From: Bacteroidales bacterium
Lineage (GTDB): Bacteria > Bacteroidota > Bacteroidia > Bacteroidales > JAGONC01
Reading direction: 5' to 3'
DNA: 64,000 bases
NCBI GenBank assembly: GCA_028716265.1
Contig: JAQUQD010000006.1
Span: 3,176-67,175, forward strand
Positions 1 through 7,766 of this stretch are shown piece by piece. How positions within the stretch are numbered: position 1 is the stretch's first letter; the number at the start of each line of letters is the position of its first letter. A program made the translations under genes and the position numbers. The notes below the pieces were generated by a model that was not told the DNA's origin, made no database searches, and was given only the letters and a program-made list of their open reading frames with translations.

Positions 1-1392
1 AATAGTACCTTCACCTGGATACCCTCCTGCGACATAGCCAACCTGTGAGCTTACGAAACAAATATCATATAAATGCACATCAGTATTTGTATTAATGGTT
101 GCCCAGGAATTACCAGAGTTCGTTGTGCCAGCCATTATTCCCTGATTTCCACAAACAAAACCAACGGCTTCATCAGCGAAATAAATTGAGTTATAGTAAT
201 AATCGCCTGTTTCCGTAACCCACCAGTTATCTCCACCATCAATAGTTTTCAGAATTTTACCATAACCACCGGTGATAAAACCGATGTTGTCGTTTATAAA
301 ATAAACTGACTCAAGTCTGTTTGTTGTACTATCCGAAATTAATTGCCAATTATGACCACCATTTTTTGTTTTTAAAATTGATCCATAAAATCCAACAATA
401 TAACCAGTGTTTTGGGATGGAAAATACACGGAATGATAATCTCCCGAATATCCGGATAAATAGTTTTCCCAGTTGTTGCCATTATCGCTGGTTTTTAAAA
501 TTGTTCCATCATAGCCTGTTGCAAACCCAATGCTTGAATCAGTAAACACGATCGCGCTTAATATCTCTCCATTATCATAAATTTCATTCCATGTATAAGC
601 CCCATCAGTAGTTTTAACAATAACACCACCATGTACAGCTGCATAACCAGTAAATTGATCAATAAAAAATAAAGAACGTGGGCTACTGTGCTGCAGAGTT
701 TCAAATATTTCCCAATTATCACCACAATCAATGGTTTTTAACAAATAACCAGATTCTCCTGCTATATAGCCCGTATTATCATCTGCAAAATTTATTGTGT
801 AAAGATTTAAATATGTTATCCGCTCTTTTATTGTCCATGAAACGCCACCATCCTCAGTTTTCAAAACAGTTTCATATTCTCCCACAGCAATTCCCTTAAG
901 ATCATTAACAAAAAAGACTGAATAAAAATCGTGATAGTCTAACGATTCCAGTACTGTCCATTCCAGATCACCGACATTAATTTTTAATATAACTCCTGAA
1001 TCACCGACTGCGTAACCCGTATTACCATCAGGAAAATGCATTGAATTTAGATTCTTATCAGTTCCAGTATTGAGTTCTACCCAGTTAATACCACCATTGG
1101 TAGTTTTAAACGACATACCGCTTTCACCAACGATATAGCAAGTATATTCATCAATAACAGCTATTGAAGAAATATGCTTTGGTGTTGGTCGTTGTACATA
1201 TTCCCAGGTTATACCACTATTGGTTGTTTTAAGCATTGTGCCAAAGGAACCTGCTGCAAATCCAATGTCGTTGTCGAAGAAATCGATACAGGTTAGTTCA
1301 TTTCCTTGAGGCAGGGGATTTTGCCATGTCCATTGTCCTATTAAAAATGTTGCTGAAAAGAACAATACTATTGTAAAAAGGATTTTTTTCAT
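1..1392 (-). CDS. Secreted Ycf48-like / BNR-type beta-propeller repeat protein; the C-terminus runs off the left edge of the window
   Basis: Absent from the ORF track because it stays open to position 1. Reverse translation from the ATG at 1392-1390 gives MKKILFTIVLFFSATFLIGQWTWQNPLPQGNELTCIDFFDNDIGFAAGSFGTMLKTTNSGITWEYVQ... This is a signal peptide followed by reiterated G-x-hydrophobic-(L/F)-K-T-T-N-(G/S)-G-x-(T/N)-W units. I checked the frame by hand as stop-free over 1-120 (...NSGNSWATINTNTDVHLYDICFVSSQVGYVAGGYPGEGTI). Confidence 0.75.
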   Translation of the reverse strand, partial: MKKILFTIVLFFSATFLIGQWTWQNPLPQGNELTCIDFFDNDIGFAAGSFGTMLKTTNSGITWEYVQRPTPKHISSIAVIDEYTCYIVGESGMSFKTTNGGINWVELNTGTDKNLNSMHFPDGNTGYAVGDSGVILKINVGDLEWTVLESLDYHDFYSVFFVNDLKGIAVGEYETVLKTEDGGVSWTIKERITYLNLYTINFADDNTGYIAGESGYLLKTIDCGDNWEIFETLQHSSPRSLFFIDQFTGYAAVHGGVIVKTTDGAYTWNEIYDNGEILSAIVFTDSSIGFATGYDGTILKTSDNGNNWENYLSGYSGDYHSVYFPSQNTGYIVGFYGSILKTKNGGHNWQLISDSTTNRLESVYFINDNIGFITGGYGKILKTIDGGDNWWVTETGDYYYNSIYFADEAVGFVCGNQGIMAGTTNSGNSWATINTNTDVHLYDICFVSSQVGYVAGGYPGEGTI

Positions 1393-1588
1393 TTTTCTAA
1401 TCGCTAAGGGGTTAGTTCCCCGCCGCTTGCGGCGAATAAGATATAAATCCCGAAGATATCCCGCTACTTTCGGCGGGGAGCTTCATTTATTTAACAAATG
1501 AGAGACTGAATTAAAAAAGAATTTGTCGATAATTTGGAAATTCAACTCAATGCTTTAAAGATACAAAAAATTAGATCAAGTACGAATT

Positions 1589-1612
1589 AAAAAAGGGAGC
1601 CTTGCAGCTCCC
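1589..1612 (-). terminator. Intrinsic terminator after the radC fragment
   Basis: On the minus strand this reads GGGAGC-tgcaag-GCTCCC followed by TTTTTT. It starts 5 nt after the stop at 1618-1620. Confidence 0.5.
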
Positions 1613-1617
1613 TAGGA

Positions 1618-1932
1618 TTAATTCATCAGGTTTTCGTCGGCAAAGGAAAAGTAAGTGCCATCCGGAGTAATGATCAAATGGTCCAGCACCTGGATATCCA
1701 GCAGGGATCCTGCCTGGATGGCTTTCTTGGTCAGGGCAATGTCGGCCTGGGAGGGCTCATGGTTCCCGGAGGGATGGTTGTGAGCAAGGATTATTGAACT
1801 AGCCGCAGCCAGCAGGGCAGTTGAGAAGATCACTTTGGGATCAGCCACCGTACCGGAAAGCCCTCCAATGGAAATCAGGATATTGCTGATGACCTTGTTG
1901 GCACGGTTCAGGCAAAGGCAAATGAATAGCCA
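1618..1932 (-). pseudogene. radC: RadC-like JAB/MPN domain, C-terminal fragment only (N-terminal part missing)
   Basis: ORF 1618..1848 carries the JAMM motif HNHPSG. The frame stays open upstream to a TAA at 1933-1935 and reads WLFICLCLNRANKVISNILISIGGLSGTVADPKV. There is no ATG and no helix-hairpin-helix N-terminal half. The break point abuts the palindromic element at 1930-2080. Confidence 0.75.
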
Positions 1933-2080
1933 TTAACGATTACCCAAGCAGAGGTGCAGGTAGAATTTGAAGGAGATCTTTGAAAGGAAATCTGATTTCC
2001 GAAATACTTCTAATTTCGGATCTCCTTTCGAATCTCTCCTTCGCCTTGCCCCTCTACTTCTACCTGGTTAATCGGTAATG
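1930..2080. repeat. MITE-like imperfect palindrome (~150 bp) with terminal inverted repeats and two internal hairpins
   Basis: The ends CCATTAACGATTACCC (1930-1945) and GGTTAATCGGTAATGG (2065-2080) are 14/16 complementary. An inner pair AAGGAGATC / GATCTCCTT encloses the hairpins ggaaat-ctg-atttcc and cgaaat-acttct-aatttcg. No ORF is present. Confidence 0.4.
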
Positions 2081-2241
2081 GGTGTTCGTTCCGTCCTTGA
2101 CGGATTTTTAGACTGCGAAGTAACTTTACGTAGAAATTTTGAATGATGAACAGAAAATGAGGGGATTACTGCCAAATGCTTTATCTAAAGTGCTACCCAA
2201 CGTAATTCCAGATATAGGAAAAATGTTTAATCCTTTCACTG

Positions 2242-3789
2242 TTAAAATCCAAACTTAATTCCCTGGGCTAATGGTAGTTCAGAACTATAGTTGATCGTAT
2301 TTGTCTGCCTTCTCATATAGGTTTTCCATGAGTCAGAACCGGATTCACGTCCACCTCCGGTATCCTTTTCACCGCCAAATGCACCACCTATTTCAGCACC
2401 GGAAGTTCCGATATTAACGTTGGCAATACCACAATCAGAACCTGCCTCGGAAAGAAACTTTTCTGATTCAATGAGGTTTTGTGTAAAAATAGCAGATGAT
2501 AGTCCTTGTGGAACATCATTGTTTAGCTGTATGGCTTCTTCAATGGTTTTATATTTAATGAGGTAAAGTATGGGTGCAAAGGTTTCTTCCTGAACAATCC
2601 TGTAATTATTTTCTGCTTCAACAAGCACTGGTACGACATAATGCTTACAGCAGTATCGATCTCCATCCAGTACATCACCGCCAAAAACGACTTTTCCCCC
2701 TTCTTTTTTCGCTTCAGTTATAGCGTTTATAAAAGCATCTACTGCTACCAGATCAATCATTGGTCCTACCAAGGTGGATTCGTCAAATGGATTTCCAATT
2801 TTTTTGGCAACGGATTTATAGGCAGCTATCAGTTTTTCCTTTACCGTATCATATACTTTTTCATGAATGATGAGCCGTCTGGTTGAAGTACATCGTTGTC
2901 CCGCTGTCCCTACAGCTCCGAAAACCACCGATTTAATGGCCATTTCCATATTGGCATATTCTGAAATGATCACGGCATTGTTACCACCCAGTTCCATAAT
3001 GCTTTTTCCCAAACGCTTACCAACAATCCCATTGATACGTTGTCCTACGGCGGTGGAACCGGTAACGGAAAATAAAGGAATTCTTCTGTCGGCAGCGAAA
3101 TTATCTCCCAGTACAGAGGATTTGGCAACTATCATGTTGAACACTCCTTCCGGGACTTCATTTGTTTTCAACACATTTTCAATGATATGTTGAACTGCAA
3201 TTGCTGCCAATGGTGTTTTGGAGCTGGGTTTCCATACCACCACGTCACCAGCGATCGCTGCGATCATAGAGTTCCATGCCCACACTGCTACCGGGAAGTT
3301 GAAAGAAGTGATCAGGCCAATAATCCCCAAAGGTTGGTATTGATCGTAAATACGGTGTTCCTTGCGTTCGGAGTGCATGGTGTATCCGTTTAACAATCGG
3401 GACTGGCCAACTGCAAAATCACAAATATCAATCATTTCCTGTACTTCACCCAAGGCTTCCTGGTAGATCTTCCCCATTTCCAGAGTAACAAGATATCCTA
3501 ACTCATGTTTATTCTTACGCAGAGCATCACCGATTTGCCTGACTATTTCCCCTCTTTTGGGTGCAGGCCATTTTCTCCATATAAGAAACGCTTCCTGTGC
3601 TTTAGACATTATACGTTCATAATCCTCAATAGAGGCATTGCAAACTTTTCCGATAGTTTTACCATCAATCGGGGATACAGAACTTGTGATCTGCCCCGTG
3701 GTTTGAATCCACCTTGTTCCGGTGCATGCACCCTGATTGCTTTCTTCAATCCTTAATTTCTTAAGTACTTCCTGTTTGTTCATTTTCAA
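2242..3789 (-). CDS. ALDH7 (antiquitin)-type aldehyde dehydrogenase / alpha-aminoadipic semialdehyde dehydrogenase-like
   Basis: 515-aa ORF. It has the ALDH motifs ELGGNNA and GTAGQRCTS (catalytic Cys) and an ALDH7-like N-terminus (NQGACTGTRW...SPIDGKTIG). Confidence 0.9.
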   Translation of the reverse strand: MKMNKQEVLKKLRIEESNQGACTGTRWIQTTGQITSSVSPIDGKTIGKVCNASIEDYERIMSKAQEAFLIWRKWPAPKRGEIVRQIGDALRKNKHELGYLVTLEMGKIYQEALGEVQEMIDICDFAVGQSRLLNGYTMHSERKEHRIYDQYQPLGIIGLITSFNFPVAVWAWNSMIAAIAGDVVVWKPSSKTPLAAIAVQHIIENVLKTNEVPEGVFNMIVAKSSVLGDNFAADRRIPLFSVTGSTAVGQRINGIVGKRLGKSIMELGGNNAVIISEYANMEMAIKSVVFGAVGTAGQRCTSTRRLIIHEKVYDTVKEKLIAAYKSVAKKIGNPFDESTLVGPMIDLVAVDAFINAITEAKKEGGKVVFGGDVLDGDRYCCKHYVVPVLVEAENNYRIVQEETFAPILYLIKYKTIEEAIQLNNDVPQGLSSAIFTQNLIESEKFLSEAGSDCGIANVNIGTSGAEIGGAFGGEKDTGGGRESGSDSWKTYMRRQTNTINYSSELPLAQGIKFGF

Positions 3790-3796
3790 TAAATTT

Positions 3797-4094
3797 ATTT
3801 TACATTATATATTCATACCGGTAATCCGTTACTGGTCTAAAGGTCTCTTATCTGGTTCTTGTGCTGATCCACCTGATCAGATTTAATTCCCCGCCGGCTT
3901 TGTCATTGGCACCAGATGCCCGTGAACCCCCAAATGGTTGAAGACCGACAATGGCGCTTCCCGTCAATTTCTGCCTGAAAAATCTTTTTGCTTTGTCCCA
4001 ATATGGTAGATGCATTGACAACAGCCTCGTATTTATCAAAAATCAATGCAGGTTCGTTGGATGCGATGTTGAAACTATAAATTGCATTGTTCAT
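3797..4094 (-). pseudogene. pruA: Heavily deleted relic of 1-pyrroline-5-carboxylate dehydrogenase
   Basis: Three pieces align to the intact PruA at 27161..28813. MNNAIYSFNIASNEP matches MNNAIFVFEYPENEP. ASTILGQSKKIFQAEID matches ATMLGQSKNIFQAEID. After a frame change, LTGSAIVGLQPFGGSRASGANDKAGGELNLIRW matches PTGAVVGQQPFGGSRQSGTNDKAGSYMNLIRW. Homology continues past a TAA (ETFRPVTDYRYEYIM vs ETLLPATDFRYPFM). About 430 codons are missing. Confidence 0.8.
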
Positions 4095-4218
4095 AAAATA
4101 AATTCAATTCATATTACTCTTACCGATATGCATCTTCATTCATATCGAGTGCAAAAGTATCATTTGCTGAGTAAATTTAAAATCTGGTGATGATTTATTT
4201 TATGTTTGGTAAGTTTTG

Positions 4219-4275
4219 GCGCAGCGCCCCGGCTCGGGAACGTACAGGCCCTGTAAAGATAACGATTAGTGGTCG
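4219..4275. repeat. Copy A of a ~55-bp GC-rich direct repeat
   Basis: gcgcagcgccccggctcgggaacgtacaggccctgtaaagataacgatt matches copy B at 7596. The 39-nt core shows 36/39 identity. It contains the palindrome TACAGGcCCTGTA. Confidence 0.65.
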
Positions 4276-4431
4276 CGGGCGCAAGCAGATCTGTAACTTT
4301 TCATTCTTTAGGCACAGCACGGAAAAATTCCAGCAGTTCCCGTTGTTTTTTGGTTATTTCCGGGTAGAACACCTTGCCGTCTAATGGTCCTTATCTATTC
4401 AAAATTCTATCCTGGGAATAAGGAGATGATA

Positions 4432-5778
4432 CTAAGGTTGATTCTTAATGATTTCATTCAATATTTCTTCGATTTTTTCATTTTGAATTATTTGTAATCC
4501 GACTCTTTCAGCCGTAATGCCTTCTTTAAGCTTATAATCATAAATGGGTTTATCTTGATTTAAAACAGATTCAAAACATTTAAAATCAATGGATTTAGTA
4601 CCAGCAAAATAGTCAGCAACCTCAAGGATATGAGTGGATATGAAGAAAAAAGTTCCTTTAATTTTTGATAATAAGCTTATAACCATTTTTGTCCCGTCAT
4701 AGGCATCTTTTACATTTGTTCCTCGGAACATCTCATCAAGAACTACAACAATTTGGTTGTTATTCTTAATCTCAAGCGCCAGGATCCGAATTCTATTCAC
4801 TTCAGCGTAAAAATGGCTAAATCCTTGGCTTATACTATCAGATATGTTAATCAAAGAGAATAAACCGTTAAACAATGGAATTGTAAGCCTCTTGGCAGGA
4901 ACTGGTAAGCCAAGGTGGGAAAAGTATGTTAGAATGGCAACCGTTTTAAGGAAAGTTGATTTACCTGACATATTTGGACCGGTAATAAAGCATAGTGATC
5001 GTTTATTATCCAGTCTAAAGCTATTGGGCACCTGACTGGCTAGCAATGGGTGAACACAATCTATTGCCTCAAAGACTTGATCCTTTTCATTCGAGAATTC
5101 AGGTAGACTGAAATGTTCATCTCCTAATAATCTGCCCTGCGATTGAAGAAAATCAATTTTATAAATAGTATCTATTACGAATCTTAGTTCATTCCTTTTT
5201 TTAGCTCTAAAGTAATCATCAAGCATATTAACCTGCTTCGATTTCAGGCTTCCTGAATTACGGGGTAAATCACTAAGGAATTGAGTTATGAGACTTTCAT
5301 TGAGGTAGGCCAATGACTTATTGAAGTCCGCGTTCAAAGACTTTGGAAGATTCATGCTTTGAATCCCATTAAGAAATTCTTTAAGGTTATAAAGAATTTT
5401 TGATAGTATAAAAATTCCTTCCTTAATGATGTAATAATCATTGCTTTTCTTTAGCTTATTCCTTAAACCATCATAAATTGCATCAATGATATTATTCTTG
5501 AGTGGAATGTGCTTGTTATTTAAATAATATTCTACAAAATCGAAATGTTTTTTATTCAGCTTCAACGAAGACCGTATCTGGAACATGAATTTAATCTCAG
5601 ATTTTCTTTTCTCCAGAAATTCCAAATCTGAAATAGGGGAAGTAATAACCTTATACAGTAGTTCTTGCCCTCCTCTGGTCTCAGTCCGGTCATAGAATCC
5701 AAACAGGCTTCGATTATTTGTATCCTGCGAGAAGAGTTCTATATCTGAGATAGTTTGTTGATCGGTTCTGAATAACAT
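4432..5778 (-). CDS. MutS-related protein (MutS domain V ABC-type ATPase, no mismatch-binding domain)
   Basis: 448-aa ORF. Walker A is ITGPNMSGKSTFLKTV, and Walker B / MutS signature is VVLDEMFRGTN. The N-terminal half is helical. The gene is very AT-rich. Confidence 0.85.
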   Translation of the reverse strand: MLFRTDQQTISDIELFSQDTNNRSLFGFYDRTETRGGQELLYKVITSPISDLEFLEKRKSEIKFMFQIRSSLKLNKKHFDFVEYYLNNKHIPLKNNIIDAIYDGLRNKLKKSNDYYIIKEGIFILSKILYNLKEFLNGIQSMNLPKSLNADFNKSLAYLNESLITQFLSDLPRNSGSLKSKQVNMLDDYFRAKKRNELRFVIDTIYKIDFLQSQGRLLGDEHFSLPEFSNEKDQVFEAIDCVHPLLASQVPNSFRLDNKRSLCFITGPNMSGKSTFLKTVAILTYFSHLGLPVPAKRLTIPLFNGLFSLINISDSISQGFSHFYAEVNRIRILALEIKNNNQIVVVLDEMFRGTNVKDAYDGTKMVISLLSKIKGTFFFISTHILEVADYFAGTKSIDFKCFESVLNQDKPIYDYKLKEGITAERVGLQIIQNEKIEEILNEIIKNQP

Positions 5779-5885
5779 CCTTTGAGTTTTAATTGTCCCA
5801 ATACCCTATTTCGAATCACTGGTATGAACCCCAGGGCAAGCCCTGGACCCTAATTCCGGCGCAAGCACCGGGGAATTAACCCTTT

Positions 5886-5940
5886 TACCCCTCCCCCGTC
5901 CCCTCCCCTGCTCGCAGGGGAGGGGTGCAGGGGTGGGGTA
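5886..5940. repeat. GC-rich long hairpin built from C4/G4 tracts (G-quadruplex-capable on both strands); possible terminator of 6072..7568
   Basis: tacccctcccccgtcccctcccctg-ctcg-caggggaggggtgcaggggtggggta. The innermost 11 bp are perfect. It is preceded by two smaller hairpins (ccaggg-caag-ccctgg at 5831-5846 and ccggcg-caag-caccgg at 5857-5872) within an otherwise AT-rich spacer. Confidence 0.5.
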
Positions 5941-6071
5941 CATTAAAGCATTGGTTCCAACCACAGTATGATCAATCTCGCGGTCCTTTAGCAATGAATT
6001 TTTCCCAATTTAACTTTGAGAAAGATGGCCCAAATCGCATATATAAATTATTGTCGTTAATTTCTTTGACT

Positions 6072-7568
6072 TTAAAATTTTACCCATTTCCCAGATTCAA
6101 TGATGCTTGTTTTCTTATTGAGAACCCTGTAGAAATAAATTCCAGATTCCAATCGCTCAGTATTAATTGTGGATGGACTGTTCTTGATCGATTGTCTTAT
6201 TACGACTTGCCCTTTTTGATTAATTAATTCAAAGTCTGATTCTTTCTGAGGTACCCTGATGTTTAACTGGTTCGTACCCGGATTTGGATAAACTGAAGCG
6301 GTTCGATTGATTAATGGAATTTCCTCAGTCCAGACAATCAATCCATCGCTATTGACTTTGACAACATAAATATCTCGTTCTAAATATTGTATTTCAGAAT
6401 CATACCGGTTTCCAACCATTAAACAACCACCATCAGAAGTTGCAATCATGCTGTACATATGGTAGTAGGCATCTCCTCCATACCAGTACTCCCATCTCGG
6501 GGTGATATCGGGGTTGATTTTAACCAGATGAAACCATGAATCCGATTCGCTGAAAAAAGGATTCGCGTAATTGAAATTTGAATTGCCACCTATATAAATG
6601 TTATCCTCAAATCTAGACACACCCTGAAAGTAGGATGAAAATTCGCGCATATTCTCTTCCTTTTTGAATGCTCCATAATTAATAGCATGATTGTCGATAG
6701 TGGTGGATAAAGCATTTAAACTATATTGTCCAAAAACTTCATGATCTCCGCCTCCTCCACAAATAAGTATGGAACTGTCATTAAGAATTTCCAGTGAACA
6801 ATAGCTATAAAGGCCGTAAGGAATTGTATCAACAAATATACTGTCCATATCCTTGCTTAATTCAAATCTTTGACCTGCGTAAGGCAAATCTGCTGAGTAC
6901 TTAAATCCATAAGCAAAATACCCCGAACTGTCTGGTTTTTCAATGATATCAAATGACATTGTCAAAACATCATCCGTCGGGTAAAACTTCGAAGTGATTG
7001 AATCACCCTCAGTTGACAATTTGTAAAAGAAAACATCGCTGTTTGGAATCGTGTCTCCATTTGGATAGGTATCCCAACGTGTTGTGTAACCTGTGATCAC
7101 AAAATTGCTATCAGAATCAAGAATGGAATTCATATAGGAAAACCAGCTATCAGGAGGGATCCCGTGAACGGTCTGGTTTTGGATTTCAAGATCTTTATTC
7201 AGCACTAAGTACCACAAGTTGGTGAAGTGTGTACCAATTATATAGTATTGATCATTAAAGAAGTGAATATCAAAAAAGTAATTGGATATTGTATCATTGA
7301 TGTGAAAGATCTCTTCATTCAATAAGTTACCTGATTCATCAATTTTCAGTATATAACCTTCGGGAAAGCCGGTTTCCAGATTACGGATTATTCCAACCAA
7401 AACGAAGTTACCCTCCTCATCCTCAACGACCTGGTGAATTTTCTGATCTTCCTCTCTTGCAAAAGTGATTTCGAAAGTGTTTTGGCCACAAACCTGAAAT
7501 CCGATAAAAGCCGATATAGGGATGATCACAAATGGGATAAAAGCAAGAATTACTTTTACAAAATTCAT
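6072..7568 (-). CDS. Secreted protein with a T9SS (Por) C-terminal sorting domain
   Basis: 498-aa ORF. It has an N-terminal signal/TM segment (FIPFVIIPISAFIGF) and a C-terminal tail VYPNPGTNQLNIRV...GIYFYRVLNKKTSIIESGKWVKF typical of T9SS CTDs. Confidence 0.85.
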   Translation of the reverse strand: MNFVKVILAFIPFVIIPISAFIGFQVCGQNTFEITFAREEDQKIHQVVEDEEGNFVLVGIIRNLETGFPEGYILKIDESGNLLNEEIFHINDTISNYFFDIHFFNDQYYIIGTHFTNLWYLVLNKDLEIQNQTVHGIPPDSWFSYMNSILDSDSNFVITGYTTRWDTYPNGDTIPNSDVFFYKLSTEGDSITSKFYPTDDVLTMSFDIIEKPDSSGYFAYGFKYSADLPYAGQRFELSKDMDSIFVDTIPYGLYSYCSLEILNDSSILICGGGGDHEVFGQYSLNALSTTIDNHAINYGAFKKEENMREFSSYFQGVSRFEDNIYIGGNSNFNYANPFFSESDSWFHLVKINPDITPRWEYWYGGDAYYHMYSMIATSDGGCLMVGNRYDSEIQYLERDIYVVKVNSDGLIVWTEEIPLINRTASVYPNPGTNQLNIRVPQKESDFELINQKGQVVIRQSIKNSPSTINTERLESGIYFYRVLNKKTSIIESGKWVKF

Positions 7569-7595
7569 ATTTGAAATGCTTGCTTGTAACGTTGA

Positions 7596-7653
7596 GCGCA
7601 GTGTGCCGGCCCGGGAACGTACTGGCCCTGTAAAGATAGCGATTTATAGTCGT
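7596..7653. repeat. Copy B of the ~55-bp GC-rich direct repeat
   Basis: gcgcagtgtgccggcccgggaacgtactggccctgtaaagatagcgattt, in the same orientation as copy A and 3377 bp away. It lies 28 nt upstream of the ATG at 7568 (minus-strand gene). Confidence 0.65.
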
Positions 7654-7766
7654 GTTTGCAAAAGGATCCCTCGGACTGGCCGATTACATCATCCATGGAT
7701 TCCACCATGACAAAATCTACGAATAAAGCATGCCGTATGACCAAATAAATTTCTTTAAAGGAACTT

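Noticed and set aside
321-899. Plus-strand ORFs 321..545 and 678..899
   Set aside because: They lie antisense to the clearly coding, repeat-structured beta-propeller gene on the minus strand. Their translations are low-complexity with no motifs.
1897-1912. TGGCAC-N5-AGGCA on the plus strand as a second sigma-54 promoter
   Set aside because: It lies inside the radC fragment, has a poor -12 box, and has no downstream plus-strand gene.
5806-5994. 62-aa minus ORF (and the overlapping 5925..6227 plus ORF) in the spacer
   Set aside because: They are generated by the GC-rich C4/G4 palindrome. The translation is G/R/P-rich, and there is no start context or homology signal.
7655-7722. Short open frames next to the direct repeats: ...GSLGLADYIIHGFHHDKIYE* here on the plus strand, and ...DGKVFYPEITKKQRELLEFFRAVPKE* at 4303-4383 on the minus strand
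   Set aside because: They look like C-terminal scraps of genes, but I cannot assign a family and they lack starts. I mention them only as context for the relic-rich region.
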